A DNA stretch of 64,000 bases from Octopus bimaculoides (taxonomy: Eukaryota): assembly GCF_001194135.2 (NCBI RefSeq), contig NC_068987.1, positions 94,986,289-95,050,288 of the forward strand, given 5' to 3'. Both the position numbers and the translations under genes were made by a program. Position 1 is the first letter of the stretch. Each line of letters begins with the position of its first letter. Positions 49,261 through 63,047 of the stretch are shown here, piece by piece. The notes under the pieces were generated by a model. The model was not told the origin of the DNA. It saw only the letters and a program-made list of their open reading frames with translations, and made no database searches.

Positions 49261-49461
49261 TTAATTATTGTATCATATGATTAGGAATATAGTATCATAA
49301 CATAAAGCAATTAAATTAATATTAATTGAGTGTGTTAAATTATTGAGATTTCTTTATTGTTTCTCTCGGATTTCTGCTGATCAACTGAAGTTTGTCGAAA
49401 AACCTATGAAAAATGAGGTTTTGTGTAATATCAAAAGTACAAAGCTTCAAAAAAGTTAAAA

Positions 49462-50128
49462 GGATCTATTTTAAAACGGGGGCGCCAGTATTTTCTTAAC
49501 GAAACACTAACGAAACACTTTGAAACTTGGGACACTGGTAGAATGTGTCATATAAAACATCTTTTACTCTTAGTCTTCTTAACAAAAAATTAGGAATTCG
49601 CAAGTTATTCCATGTTAAAGTTGTCGTATTTCTGTAATTTCAACCAATCACTGACGTCTATTCAGCTGAATAGAGTTACTGCTGGGCGGTCATATAAATG
49701 TTATTCCCTGTGACATATTTCATCCGGTTTAATCGTAATTTATACGCATACATTGTTTATATAAATTACGCTGTGCGTATCTGTGTGTGTAACAATTTTA
49801 GAGTTCGGATTCTAGAGTTAGGGTTAGTTTTAGGGTTAGGGTTACGGTTACGGTTAACAGTCTAGTTAGGGTTAGGGTTAGGGTTAGGGGATTAATACGA
49901 TATACACCGTTACAGCGCTAACTGTTTTCAACTGAATAGACGTCAGTGATTAGTAGACATTATCGAAATAAGACAATTTTTTTTACATGAAATAAATTCG
50001 AATACAAAAATATTTTTCTGTTCTATAACACAAAATAGATAAGTATACGAAGTTTGAAAGTCTTTCCGTACCAAAAACACTACATAAAACATAAATGAAA
50101 ACTGGCGCCCCCGTTTTAAAATAGATCC
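49462..50128. mobile_element. 667-bp non-autonomous DNA transposon, GG..CC termini, 8-bp TSD, internal telomere-type repeats
   Basis: Perfect 28-bp TIR GGATCTATTTTAAAACGGGGGCGCCAGT; perfect TSD AGTTAAAA (49454-49461, 50129-50136); internal 24/25-bp inverted repeat (49646-49670, 49927-49951) around TTAGGG tracts. Confidence 0.92.
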
Positions 50129-50839
50129 AGTTAAAATATGATTTGTAATAACCAAAGATTAGTAAACGCCAAATTCTAATCAAATAATGTGTTTGGGATC
50201 TGATTTAAACTAAAAGTATGTTACATATGTATAAAAGATGTTTTCTAATAAAAAGGAGATTGGTATTCACATATATGGACTTAAGAAAATAAAGATCCAA
50301 ACCTATATTTCTTTATTAGATATGGAAGGTAAACTGGTAATGGGGGCAAATAGGATTTATAGGAATGGTGCGTTACATACAATTGCTTAGCAGTAATTTC
50401 TAGAAGTACTGTGAAGTTTAGCTGATTGTTCTCAAGAAGCACCATAATGCCACTTGTTGCATTAACATTGTTTATAGTAGAAGGATGAGAATTAGACGGA
50501 AATGGGTGCTTTTATAAAGACACTGGTTTAGAATAGAGAGTTGTATTATATGGTGGGGGGTGGGGAGAATGAAGAAGAAAAGAAGGAAAAAGAAATATTA
50601 TATTATGAAGAATTGAGTATTGAGTTACGAAATGAATGATTGAATTAAGTCGGAAGATAAAGCTAAAAGCCTATTGTGGGTAAATGTATATTAGGGTTAC
50701 AGACTACAAAAATAACTTTAGATATACGTAACGTAAATGTGTGTATCCCATGTTTAAAGTATCTCCCTTTACATCACTATCATCATTCATATTGTAACAC
50801 TCTCGCTTTCGCTCTTTCTTTCTCTCTCGCTCACTCACC

Positions 50840-50870
<31 letters not shown>

Positions 50871-51479
50871 ACTATCTCTGAGACGACATGCCAACAACCA
50901 CCACTACCACCACTTCATTCCCTAACCCCTCATATGTCTTACTGCGCTGGGTCAGTCATCTAATTACTCATGTTTTACTGCTGGTGTCACTTCTCACCCC
51001 CCCCATCCCCTCCATCAACAACTGGAAGAAATGAAATGCGTCATGTCTTAAAATAATTTTAACAACATAGTCACACAGACATACACACACACACACACGT
51101 GTTTGTGCGTGTATATACGTGTATATGTGTGTATGTGTGTGTATGTGTATGTGTGTATGTGTGTGTGTGTGATGGTACATATCTAAATGTGTGTATTTAG
51201 ATGGCTGTTTCTACATTTAGACTGTTTTTCTTCGTTCTTGTGTATGAATGTTTAGGATTGATTATCTGTTCGTGCGTGTGCGAGTGGGTGGATGTATGTT
51301 AGTGTGTCCACGTAAGTGTATTTCTCTATTAGTTTGTGTGTTTGTCGGCAATATTTATGTGCGTAACAAGAAACGACAGGAAAATGGATGGCAGTTCTTA
51401 AAAAAAAATGAAACATTTAAAATAAAAACAAATATATCTCAAAATGCGGTAAATATTTCTTACCAAAAATTTGACACCA

Positions 51480-51990
51480 TTTCATCGGCAGAACCTAATT
51501 CTCCACCTCTCTCACCTCCAACCCCACCACCATCTCCAACTATTCCACCACCCTAACCACTACAACCTTTCATGTCTCACCCCAAATACCGCAACAACTC
51601 TTATAACCAATATCTCTAACATAACTGTTACCACCACCACCACTACCAATACCTTCAATAGCACCATCGTTCCTCATACAAACTGCCAACTCTATCACCA
51701 ACCTCAGCACAACCACATTACCACCCGTACGACTACCACCGCTACAAGCACCAGCACTATCATTACCACTAACTGCACTCGTAGCACCATCAACACTGGC
51801 GGTTCCACCATCACTACCTTCAATCCTCCACAAAGATACCAGCAGCTGATGACACTACAATAACCTCTACTGCTACTGTCTCGCACTCCTTCAATTCCAT
51901 CACTATCACCAACGCCACCGACATCACCAACACCACCGGTGCCACCAACGCCTATACAATTGTCACCATCAGCTCCATCCTACATTGAAT
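51480..51990. repeat. Degenerate CAC/CAA/CTA low-complexity tract
   Basis: Directly visible; gives Thr-rich spurious ORFs. Confidence 0.85.
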
Positions 51991-52029
51991 ACAGTTAAAT
52001 CTTGCCTCCATCTTGTCGTACTTGTTCAA

Positions 52030-52900
52030 ATATTGGTGAGCAGTTTTATTTCCCAGTCAGCTATTTTGGACACAAGCAACATTATAATCAAGGGTTGGTG
52101 ACGTTATACGTGACTGTAATCTGACTGGTAGCAATGTAGGATTAAAAAATCTATTCCGAAGTACAATGAAATATAGGTTTCTCCCCTTTAATACTTTATG
52201 ATTTCCTATCCCCATGTACTTCCTGCATCTTCTAGATGGACTGTTAGACTCGCAAGACAATGGATCTGCATCTGGAATGCTTTGTTTCAGTCTTGTTGAC
52301 AAAGCAGCGTCTTCTGCGACTAAACAGAATTATGCGAAAGTGGTAAATGCATTCAAAGGAACTGTCAGTTACTTTATTCTTGGGGTTGTTTTTCTATCCA
52401 TTTTGATTTTCTTCCGTACCAAACCACAGCCTCGCCTCTCTTTTATGTTTTTAAAATGCTTATATAGGTCAAGTTTCTGGTATTAGCGATCTCTAGCAAT
52501 GATCTTTCACATTTTAAAGCTCATGTAAAGAGTTTTCATGTCTCTTTTGCGGATATCTTTGACACAATGATGGTATTAATTACAGGTATCTTTGTTGGAA
52601 GCCAGTTCCCCATATAATAGGTTTTTCGGTGGACTTGTCTCAGCCAACGGTAGTATCGCTGTTGATGTAGATGAGATGTCTGGGTATCCGGGTGCGAGAG
52701 ACAACATAATTGTTGTTGATTCGGTCAGTTCACTTAATGTACAGAATCCATCGAAGACATCCTCGGTGGAAGGCGATGAGACATCTTGTAGCATCAGGGC
52801 TGGATGATCCAGCTCTCAATGCATAAAGCAGTGTGCTGAGTCTGCAGGAATTATGTAGACAGCAATCTTGGTGAACAGTGTTAGCTTTCTGTTTTCTTTA
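52030..52900 (+). mobile_element. Possible very old DIRS-like (tyrosine recombinase) relic
   Basis: LVDKAASSATKQNYAKVVNAFK resembles the SAM-like domain preceding DIRS recombinases; the other motifs are not convincing. Confidence 0.25.
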
Positions 52901-54194
52901 ACATTTACTGTCAGCCATTCCTGTGCTCAGGTTTTATCAATCAGTTTGCATTTTGATCTCAGATATTAGCAATGGTTTGCCTGTGATGGTGGAGTCGATG
53001 TATATGGATTCATGTATTATCTCCAACCCCAGCTTGTTGATGGTGATGGTAATGGTAAAGGGGTGTTTCAGGCCTTATTCACAAGGTCGAAGAATTTGTG
53101 AGATCAACGAAAGTGATGCAGAATAGTTGTCTTGGCCCTCTGCTTTTTTTTCTTGTTATTGTCGAAAGGAGATTTTGTCATTTGTAGAACATTCTGGCCT
53201 CAAACCGCAATGAGATACGTTATATGTCTTTACAGCGATTTTCTGCAATCTGTTTAGGTTCACGATGGGCAAAGGCCTTCCACGTGATACTCTGCAATAT
53301 TTCCTTCTGTTGCTGTTGAAGTTACTTTTGTTTATGTACTAAGGACAATATTGTAGTCCCTCATGTTCTACGGCTCTGCTGACAAAAACATACTCCCGAC
53401 CCCCACTTATGTTAGACAAATGGAACACCCAAGATGTGATGGTTTGATTGATTGATTGATTGAGAGAGAGATAGAGAGAGTGTGTGTGTGTGTGAGAGAG
53501 ATCGGCACTAGCGCTGAGCATGTACTTTGTTTATTGACCAATCCAGAAAGGATGAAAGTCACAGTTCACCTTGGAGAAATGTGAACTCAGAGCTAAGAGA
53601 GCAGTAATTAATATCACGTCTCTGTCCATCCGACGGACTTTCTAACAACCTCATTTCACTGAAATGTTTTTATTTTAGCTAAAACATTCAACTGAAACAA
53701 ATAAAGAAGAAAAAAAAAACAGCGAAAGTAAACGTAGCTGGCAAAAATCAAAAACTAAAAACTAAAACAATAAACAAAGAACCCGCCATCATCGTAGAAA
53801 GTTTGTAGTGGCTTTGGTTATCTAACAGTATGGAAAATAAAAGAAATATCAATATTGTATTTCATAGAGTATGGTAATTTTGAAATGTCAAAATTGTATT
53901 TAGTGATGTAAATTGATGTCTTGTAATCATATTGCATCGGGATATTTTTCTAGCAACTATTGATGGACGCCATTATTATTATTCTGTACACGACGAAGAA
54001 AAAGGAATTGATAAATGAATACATATTTCTAAATACATAAATAAATACATATTTCTAAATAAATAAACAAACCCGTTATAAATAAATACAAAAATATGTG
54101 GAAGTCTATGGAATGAAATATTGACAGACGGATACATACTGAGTATTTTGAAAGCTTCTTCAGTTTATGAACACTTCACTCTGCATATTTGGAA

Positions 54195-54215
54195 ATGATG
54201 ATAATGATGATGATA

Positions 54216-54272
<57 letters not shown>

Positions 54273-54290
54273 ATCATCATCATCATCATG
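54195..54290. repeat. (GAT)n/(CAT)n microsatellite
   Basis: Directly visible. Confidence 0.95.
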
Positions 54291-54789
54291 AAAATAATAC
54301 TAATGATTATAATAATTATGTCCATCAAGGCTGCATATTGTCCGGGGAGGCAGAGTGAGTTTAAACTGAGCCCAGTGGTTGACTGCTACCATCGTATATT
54401 GATCTTCTAAGATGAATGACAAGCTCTTTGCCTCATCTTTACTTCTTTTTAAAGCTTGATATTTTTTCTATTGACTAGGATTTTGATGATCACTAAAATA
54501 TGAGGAAAAGTCACAGAAATAAATTCATAGATGCATGCACACGAACCCATATATACATACATACGTGCATACATACATATATACATACATACATACATAC
54601 ATATATACATACATACATACGTACGTACATACATACATACATACATACATACATACATACATACGTACATACATACAAAAACAAGGCGGCAGAGGCTTAA
54701 CATTAATCCAGACTACAATTGAATGTCGTATCATATCCCTTCGGCAACATCGTTTAACCACCAAATATCGAAGTGCATCTCTCGACTAA

Positions 54790-54970
54790 GTTTGCATACA
54801 TGAGGCTGATAACATCATAAGACTTGGAAGGCAGCGCCTTGAGCAGCATTCCTTGCCTGAAAACCCACAGAAGTTGCAAGACTCTACTGCAACGTATCAT
54901 CAGATGAAAGGATGAATGCATATAAGCAGAAGACCCTGCATGGTTGTGTTAATAGAAATCTCCAACATGA
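54790..54970 (+). mobile_element. R4/Dong-like short fragment
   Basis: DERMNAYKQKTLHG resembles the W..K.LHG motif upstream of the zinc finger in R4/Dong ORFs. Confidence 0.45.
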
Positions 54971-55199
54971 TAGTAACATTCCCCATCAAAGCAGCGAAGG
55001 AATATTCCTCTTCGAACAGTGTCATACTTATATGCCCTGAAGAGATCGTACTAATAATGCAATAATTGCCGCATATAAATATACAACAATATGCAGTTAG
55101 TGTGATCGAAACACGTGTCGGACAATTATTATAAAAAAACTAACTGGAAATAAACATAAAGTTTGAATGCTCAAACTGTTCATTTTCTTTATTATGAAG

Positions 55200-55210
55200 A
55201 GATAGGTAGG

Positions 55211-55294
<84 letters not shown>

Positions 55295-55295
55295 C
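55200..55295. repeat. (AGAT)n microsatellite
   Basis: About 20 units. Confidence 0.97.
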
Positions 55296-56127
55296 AGACA
55301 TGCTTTCCCATCGTATTTTTTTAAACTAGAAAGTGAGTACAAATGTACTCATTTAAAATGTATCAATTTACTAATCAGTAAATAAGTAAATGAACAAATA
55401 AGATGATCTAACAATTTTCAATCTAGGAGACGACTTCGGAAATATTTATCACATTTTATAAAGCTTCTGGTAAAAAATTTCTGGCAATATAAATAAAAAA
55501 AGAAGTGAATATTGCCGAACAGTGGAAAGAGGAATGGGGGAATTCTACTCGAGTGGTGTTCATGCGAGAAAATGTAGAACGTATCGGCCAAAAATCATAA
55601 AAGGAAAAAAAAATGAAAAACCATACTCAAAACATTAACAGAAAACCGGAAGTAGGGAAATAGGAATCATTAAGCACAATTAAACTGGATTCAATTGAAT
55701 TAAAGTTAATCAAATTATCTAAGAGGATTAATCAAAATCTTGCAGAGAGAAGCAGATTCGCCTGATAAGCAATCTCTCACGAGTTATTTCTTTTCATAAC
55801 GAGATTTTTTACCTGTTGAGTTTTATTTTGAAAGAACAACTAGAACAAACAATCTTTATATTTATTTTATTCGTTTCATCTTAATAATTGCTTCGCGTTA
55901 AAAATTTAAAAAAAAAATTGTTATAGTTTCTTTATTTCATTTTGTATGGAAAGAATCAATGTCAGAACTTGAAAAATTGAAAAAGAAAATGTCAAAAAAG
56001 AAAAACGAAAAAACATACGCAAACATAAACAAATATTAATTGTAGGTCATTGAACAATAATTTGAAATATGTTAAAGATACATATTAAATAACCATTGAT
56101 ACAAGAAGCGATAATAATACTAATGAC

Positions 56128-56154
<27 letters not shown>

Positions 56155-56159
<5 letters not shown>

Positions 56160-56357
56160 CAAATTTTGACAGAAAGCCGACAATTTCGGGATGGGGTTAA
56201 GTCAATTATATCGTCCCCAGAACTCGACTAGTGCTTATTTTATCGACCCCGGAAGGATGAAAGGCAAAGTTAACCTCGGTGGAATTGGAACTGAGAGCGT
56301 AAACTTAGACGAAATGCCGCTAAGTATTTTGCCCGGCGTGCTAACGATTCTGCCAGT
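56155..56357 (-). mobile_element. SINE family B, diverged
   Basis: tttatcgaccccggaaggatgaaaggcaaagttaacctcgg, attttgcccggcgtgctaacgattctgccag. Confidence 0.85.
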
Positions 56358-56359
56358 GG

Positions 56360-56762
56360 CAAGAACTAGTACTTCTGGAACGCCATACGCTCGAAGGATC
56401 TTCAACATTTTGTAACGACGGATGCTGTCAAACGCTTCGCTGACGTGCACGGGTGTTACAATCAAGTGATGCTGAAGTGTTTGCTTTGAGCGGTTCCAAA
56501 TTGAATATTGCTGAAGACTTCATTACTTAGGTGAGCAGTTCGGAAACAGATATCAAGATCAGGAAGGCACAATTATGAGCAGCCTGTCACAAACTAAAGA
56601 GAGTTTGGAACTCCAAATTGCCCAGGCAAATCAAAATCAGGCTGGCAATGCAACATGAACATTGCCAAAGAAATTGTCAAACGGGCAAAATGGATGCTAC
56701 ACAAGGATGCTACGAATGGCCCTAAATGTGAAATGGCAGTATGATATGACAAATGAATGCCT
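56360..56762. mobile_element. RTE-clade LINE RT fragments, with an inverted 5' piece
   Basis: Minus 56360-56465: VSEAFDSIRRYKMLKILRAYGVP. Plus 56480-56762: EDF.YLG, DIKIRKA, KLKRVWNSKLPRQIKIRL, GCYTRMLRMALNVKWQ. Confidence 0.8.
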
Positions 56763-56767
56763 TTAAG

Positions 56768-56843
56768 GAAACCTGCTCAATAAACACTCACAATGCCCGG
56801 TCTGGGAACCGAAACCGCAATCCTACGACCGCGAGTCTGCTGC
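56768..56843 (-). mobile_element. SINE family C 5' part, running into a gap
   Basis: gctcaataaacactcacaa..ggtctgggaa..gaaaccgc..tcctacgaccgcgagtc matches 23437-23510. Confidence 0.85.
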
Positions 56844-57124
56844 NNNNNNNNNNNNNNNNNNNNNNNNNNNNNNNNNNNNNNNNNNNNNNNNNNNNNNNNN
56901 NNNNNNNNNNNNNNNNNNNNNNNNNNNNNNNNNNNNNNNNNNNNNNNNNNNNNNNNNNNNNNNNNNNNNNNNNNNNNNNNNNNNNNNNNNNNNNNNNNNN
57001 NNNNNNNNNNNNNNNNNNNNNNNNNNNNNNNNNNNNNNNNNNNNNNNNNNNNNNNNNNNNNNNNNNNNNNNNNNNNNNNNNNNNNNNNNNNNNNNNNNNN
57101 NNNNNNNNNNNNNNNNNNNNNNNN

Positions 57125-57161
<37 letters not shown>

Positions 57162-58019
57162 CATATATAATGATATATATAATGATTATTACTTTGTATT
57201 TTACTATAGTTCTTTTTAGTGTATTTACTTATTTAATTTTTCTATATGTGACTGGATTTTCATGGATGAGTTCATGAACTTTGGTTCTTTTCTCTAAATT
57301 ATATATTTATATAAACATATATATATTTATATATATATAACATTTATATAATAGATGGTGAGTTAACCTAGAATATTTAAGAAATACTATCACCTTGAAA
57401 ACGAATCTGTAAATGCCATTTTTCGTTCATTCTCGTAATCCCAGCAATATTGTTTCGTACAAGAATTTAGAATATAGATTTATATACACCAGATTCTGTG
57501 AAACTCAAAATGCCACTTGAAATTCCAATTATAATTTCAGTAAATATTATATACTAAAAGTGTTGCTTCTTCCAAACACTTCTTTTCGATTGTAGGTCAT
57601 CTTGATATGACCTTTCAATTAGAACCATTATTTGATGATTTTTTTTTGTTTAGATAGAAACGATTAATTTCAAAATTTAAATATGAGGTCTAGAACTGAG
57701 GCTATGACTCAAGTGGTTGGATCAGACCTTTGTTTTGTTAAAGGTCAATATACTTAGATGTAGGGTTCCAATCTTATATTGTTTAATGGCCAGTCGAACA
57801 TCTTCAATATACAAATGCAAAATATTTTTGTTCTTTAATGGAGGAAAAAGTTTATTAGTTCTTATGAAAAGATCAATGTAGCATCTATAAATATCTTACC
57901 TATAAACACGTTATACATTAGCATATCTAGGGTTTGGAAATATCGCTTTCAAATTTAATATGCGTTGAGAAAGAAAAGTAGACTTCACTATTAGCTTATA
58001 TCAAGTTCAGTCTTTTATC

Positions 58020-58270
58020 TGCAACCATTGCATCAGTTTAAATGCAGAACGGTCCTCAGCTGCATAGGGACGTAGAATTTGATTAAGTTGGGACGGATGG
58101 ACACATTAGTGTAATTTTACCAGGGGGTCTCCAAGAAGGTAGGGAGATGGACGGGGAATATGCTGCCTTCGCTTCAGCTGGGAGGCTAACAAGATATCAG
58201 GAAGAAAGACTTGTTATAGAAATAAATGCATGATTATCTACCCAGTGTCCATGGAAACTACGGATTATAC
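58020..58270 (+). repeat. Dispersed repeat X, diverged copy with additional downstream sequence
   Basis: cattgcatca..aaatgcagaacggtcctcagctgcatagggacgtagaattt matches 39770-39830; the extent of the downstream part is inferred. Confidence 0.55.
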
Positions 58271-59199
58271 ATATGTATATATATATATATATNNNNNNNN
58301 NNNNNNNNNNNNNNNNNNNNNNNNNNNNNNNNNNNNNNNNNNNNNNNNNNNNNNNNNNNNNNNNNNNNNNNNNNNNNNNNNNNNNNNNNNNNNNNNNNNN
58401 NNNNNNNNNNNNNNNNNNNNNNNNNNNNNNNNNNNNNNNNNNNNNNNNNNNNNNNNNNNNNNNNNNNNNNNNNNNNNNNNNNNNNNNNNNNNNNNNNNNN
58501 NNNNNNNNNNNNNNNNNNNNNNNNNNNNNNNNNNNNNNNNNNNNNNNNNNNNNNNNNNNNNNNNNNNNNNNNNNNNNNNNNNNNNNNNNNNNNNNNNNNN
58601 NNNNNNNNNNNNNNNNNNNNNNNNNNNNNNNNNNNNNNNNNNNNNNNNNNNNNNNNNNNNNNNNNNNNNNNNNNNNNNNNNNNNNNNNNNNNNNNNNNNN
58701 NNNNNNNNNNNNNNNNNNNNNNNNNNNNNNNNNNNNNNNNNNNNNNNNNNNNNNNNNNNNNNNNNNNNNNNNNNNNNNNNNNNNNNNNNNNNNNNNNNNN
58801 NNNNNNNNNNNNNNNNNNNNNNNNNNNNNNNNNNNNNNNNNNNNNNNNNNNNNNNNNNNNNNNNNNNNNNNNNNNNNNNNNNNNNNNNNNNNNNNNNNNN
58901 NNNNNNNNNNNNNNNNNNNNNNNNNNNNNNNNNNNNNNNNNNNNNNNNNNNNNNNNNNNNNNNNNNNNNNNNNNNNNNNNNNNNNNNNNNNNNNNNNNNN
59001 NNNNNNNNNNNNNNNNNNNNNNNNNNNNNNNNNNNNNNNNNNNNNNNNNNNNNNNNNNNNNNNNNNNNNNNNNNNNNNNNNNNNNNNNNNNNNNNNNNNN
59101 NNNNNNNNNNNNNNNNNNNNNNNNNNNNNNNNNNNNNNNNNNNNNNNNNNNNNNNNNNNNNNNNNNNNNNNNNNNNNNATGTATGTATGTATGTATGTA

Positions 59200-59230
<31 letters not shown>

Positions 59231-59365
59231 GTGTGTGTGTGTGTGTATGTGTGTGTGCATGTATATATGTACGCAACTTCATCCTCATATACACATAATT
59301 GCTTACATGCATACACGTAACATAATGCATATATATTTAGACATACACTCACATATATATATATA

Positions 59366-59489
59366 TTGTTTTATATGATCACCTCACACGTATAAACCAC
59401 ATTACTAATAGTTTCACGTACACGGAAACCCAAATACGTGGAACTATTAGTAGCGTAGACTATGCATGTGAGGTGATCGTATAAAACAA
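59366..59489. repeat. Decayed ~124-bp hairpin (old MITE-like)
   Basis: Arms 59367-59420 and 59435-59488 match 45/54 with a 14-nt loop; mismatches are mostly transitions. Confidence 0.75.
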
Positions 59490-59551
59490 CACTTTTACTC
59501 ACGCCAGATGGAGTACTCTTTTGTTGAACCTTATTACACGAATCAATTCAT

Positions 59552-59616
<65 letters not shown>

Positions 59617-59816
59617 TGAATTCGTTACTTACATATCTACAGTATCCTACCAACACCTGCTACCTTTTTGGTTGTTTACTTCACAGTGAACCCTATGTTA
59701 TTGTACCTAGCCATTTTCGGCGTCTTATCTGCTGATGTGCCTAAATTCTAATGAATCCTATTACCAATAAACACGCGCACACACATACACACAGAGACAC
59801 ACAGACACACACACAT

Positions 59817-59850
<34 letters not shown>

Positions 59851-61169
59851 NNNNNNNNNNNNNNNNNNNNNNNNNNNNNNNNNNNNNNNNNNNNNNNNNN
59901 NNNNNNNNNNNNNNNNNNNNNNNNNNNNNNNNNNNNNNNNNNNNNNNNNNNNNNNNNNNNNNNNNNNNNNNNNNNNNNNNNNNNNNNNNNNNNNNNNNNN
60001 NNNNNNNNNNNNNNNNNNNNNNNNNNNNNNNNNNNNNNNNNNNNNNNNNNNNNNNNNNNNNNNNNNNNNNNNNNNNNNNNNNNNNNNNNNNNNNNNNNNN
60101 NNNNNNNNNNNNNNNNNNNNNNNNNNNNNNNNNNNNNNNNNNNNNNNNNNNNNNNNNNNNNNNNNNNNNNNNNNNNNNNNNNNNNNNNNNNNNNNNNNNN
60201 NNNNNNNNNNNNNNNNNNNNNNNNNNNNNNNNNNNNNNNNNNNNNNNNNNNNNNNNNNNNNNNNNNNNNNNNNNNNNNNNNNNNNNNNNNNNNNNNNNNN
60301 NNNNNNNNNNNNNNNNNNNNNNNNNNNNNNNNNNNNNNNNNNNNNNNNNNNNNNNNNNNNNNNNNNNTGTGTGTGTGTGTGTGTTTGGCCTTGTGTGTGT
60401 GTATTTGCATCTTCTTTCAATAATCGTTTTATTCTTGTACAGTCATATCTGAAGTTTGTCGAATGACCCAAATGTTGCCTCTTCTATGTAATCACTTCTT
60501 CATAATTTGATATCAATAATAGCAGCACCAATGAGTCTGTGTTCGCTCAGTATAGATTAACGAACAACCGCAGTGTGCCAGAATCGGTCCGAACAAATAT
60601 CACCGACCATTTATTGTCTAATACCTAGACCTCTCAACATCATTTTAAAGAACAAGTCGGTTAAAATAACATCCAGAGAATGCTATAACCAAAGCATCAC
60701 AGCCATCGCCAAAGGAACAGAATGGAATTCGAAGAATCACAGAACCAAAGAAGCCGTCAACCTCGTTAAAGTAAAAATCCAGCTTCAACCAGTGGGGTGG
60801 CGTGACACAAATTGGTTAATATAATACCACCAATCGAGGTATGTTGCAACCGTCACCTACACAACCTGTCTATGCATGTGAGATTGACGTTCCACTTTAC
60901 TTCATTCAATATGGGTGGTCGAAATATTGAAGAGAAAAAGTTAAAAGTTTGGAACTGTGGCCTTGACTTCACATTTGCAAACTTACAGCTTTCTCAATCA
61001 CTGTAAGTAGGCATACATACATACATACATACATACATACATACATACATACATACATACATGCATATGTATATATAGATATATTCGTGTATAATGGTAA
61101 TCAAGCAGCGAAAGACAAATACAAGGACATGCAGAAACACAAACACATACACACACACACATCCACTCA

Positions 61170-61210
<41 letters not shown>

Positions 61211-61818
61211 NNNNNNNNNNNNNNNNNNNNNNNNNNNNNNNNNNNNNNNNNNNNNNNNNNNNNNNNNNNNNNNNNNNNNNNNNNNNNNNNNNNNNNNNNN
61301 NNNNNNNNNNNNNNNNNNNNNNNNNNNNNNNNNNNNNNNNNNNNNNNNNNNNNNNNNNNNNNNNNNNNNNNNNNNNNNNNNNNNNNNNNNNNNNNNNNNN
61401 NNNNNNNNNNNNNNNNNNNNNNNNNNNNNNNNNNNNNNNNNNNNNNNNNNNNNNNNNNNNNNNNNNNNNNNNNNNNNNNNNNNNNNNNNNNNNNNNNNNN
61501 NNNNNNNNNNNNNNNNNNNNNNNNNNNNNNNNNNNNNNNNNNNNNNNNNNNNNNNNNNNNNNNNNNNNNNNNNNNNNNNNNNNNNNNNNNNNNNNNNNNN
61601 NNNNNNNNNNNNNNNNNNNNNNNNNNNNNNNNNNNNNNNNNNNNNNNNNNNNNNNNNNNNNNNNNNNNNNNNNNNNNNNNNNNNNNNNNNNNNNNNNNNN
61701 NNNNNNNNNNNNNNNNNNNNNNNNNNNNNNNNNNNNNNNNNNNNNNNNNNNNNNNNNNNNNNNNNNNNNNNNNNNNNNNNNNNNNNNNNNNNNNNNNNNN
61801 NNNNNNNNNNNNNNNNNN

Positions 61819-61867
<49 letters not shown>

Positions 61868-62084
61868 GCGTGTGTCTGTGTATGTATGTGTGTGTGTGTT
61901 TGTGTGTGTAACTAAGTGTGTGTATTTGTGTGTGTGTGTGTGGGTGTGCATAGATAACTATAATCTATATATATGTGCACAGAATATGCGTAAACACACA
62001 AGTACGCACGTATACGAACATACGTTTGTGCATGTAAGTGAGTGCGTGTGTGTATGTGAGTGTATTAGAATACGCGTATGTGTA

Positions 62085-62116
<32 letters not shown>

Positions 62117-63047
62117 CGTGTGTATGCGCGCATTGTGAAAGCATATGTCTATATATGAATATAGATGCCGATAGAATACTTTAGGGATAACGAAAATTCC
62201 GTTTTTTCCCAGTATTTTTTTTTTCCTTTCACTTATTTTTGCTTCAGTTCAACGGCAGAGCGTGGTGTGGTGTGGTGTGGTGTGGTGTGGTATGGTTTAG
62301 TAATAGATTAAATTGCGGAATGTCGATGAAATCTACAAATGGCGTGCAAGAGGAGTGTGAATGGAGTGCAGATAGAGTGCAGTTGGAGTGCAGATGGAGT
62401 GGTGCAGAGCGTAGGATGGAGAGAAAAATAAATATTTGTTATTGGATGCGGTTGGGTATATTGTAGTTTAGTCGAATGTAAGTGGAACGATGCAGCATGC
62501 AGTGGCGTAGTGGTGTTGGTGGTGGTGGTGGTGGTGGTAGTGGTAGTGGTGGTGGTGGTGGTGGTGAGTTTGCCAGTTATATGCGAGGAATTGAAAAGAG
62601 AGAAAGATGGAAAAGGTAATGTAAAGCCTGGAGAAATGGCGTGCCGTTGAGAGGATAATTGTAAATGTAGTTGGGTTGGAGTTAAATTGGATCTGGGTTG
62701 GTCTGTAAGAGAGAGAGAGAAAGATCTGGTTTTCGGGAGTGACAACATATCTCGATCTTCTATTTGCTGCCCAATTTATAATTTCATTCTTTTATTAGTT
62801 CCCTCATTGTCCCAAGGGAGTCATTTCTCGGCAGTTTCATCTATGAAATTGACAGCATTTGAAGCTGGAATTTAAGGGGTCAATGTTGCTGGATCGTAGC
62901 AGAACCTTGTACTGAAGTGACACCTTCAAAGCCAGTCATGTCTATACTAGGAGTGACTAAGTAAGGTTAGCTTGAACTTCTGACTGAATTCTTTGTTTCC
63001 TCTATTGATGTTTATTATTTTATGCATTAATTTGTTTATCGTTTCAG

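Noticed and set aside
49818-49889. Interstitial telomere or chromosome-fusion scar
   Set aside because: The repeats lie inside a TIR- and TSD-bounded transposon, so they arrived by transposition.
62799-63047. Upstream exon plus 87-nt intron joining to 63048
   Set aside because: All three frames of the putative upstream exon contain stops, and every joining phase gives a stop.
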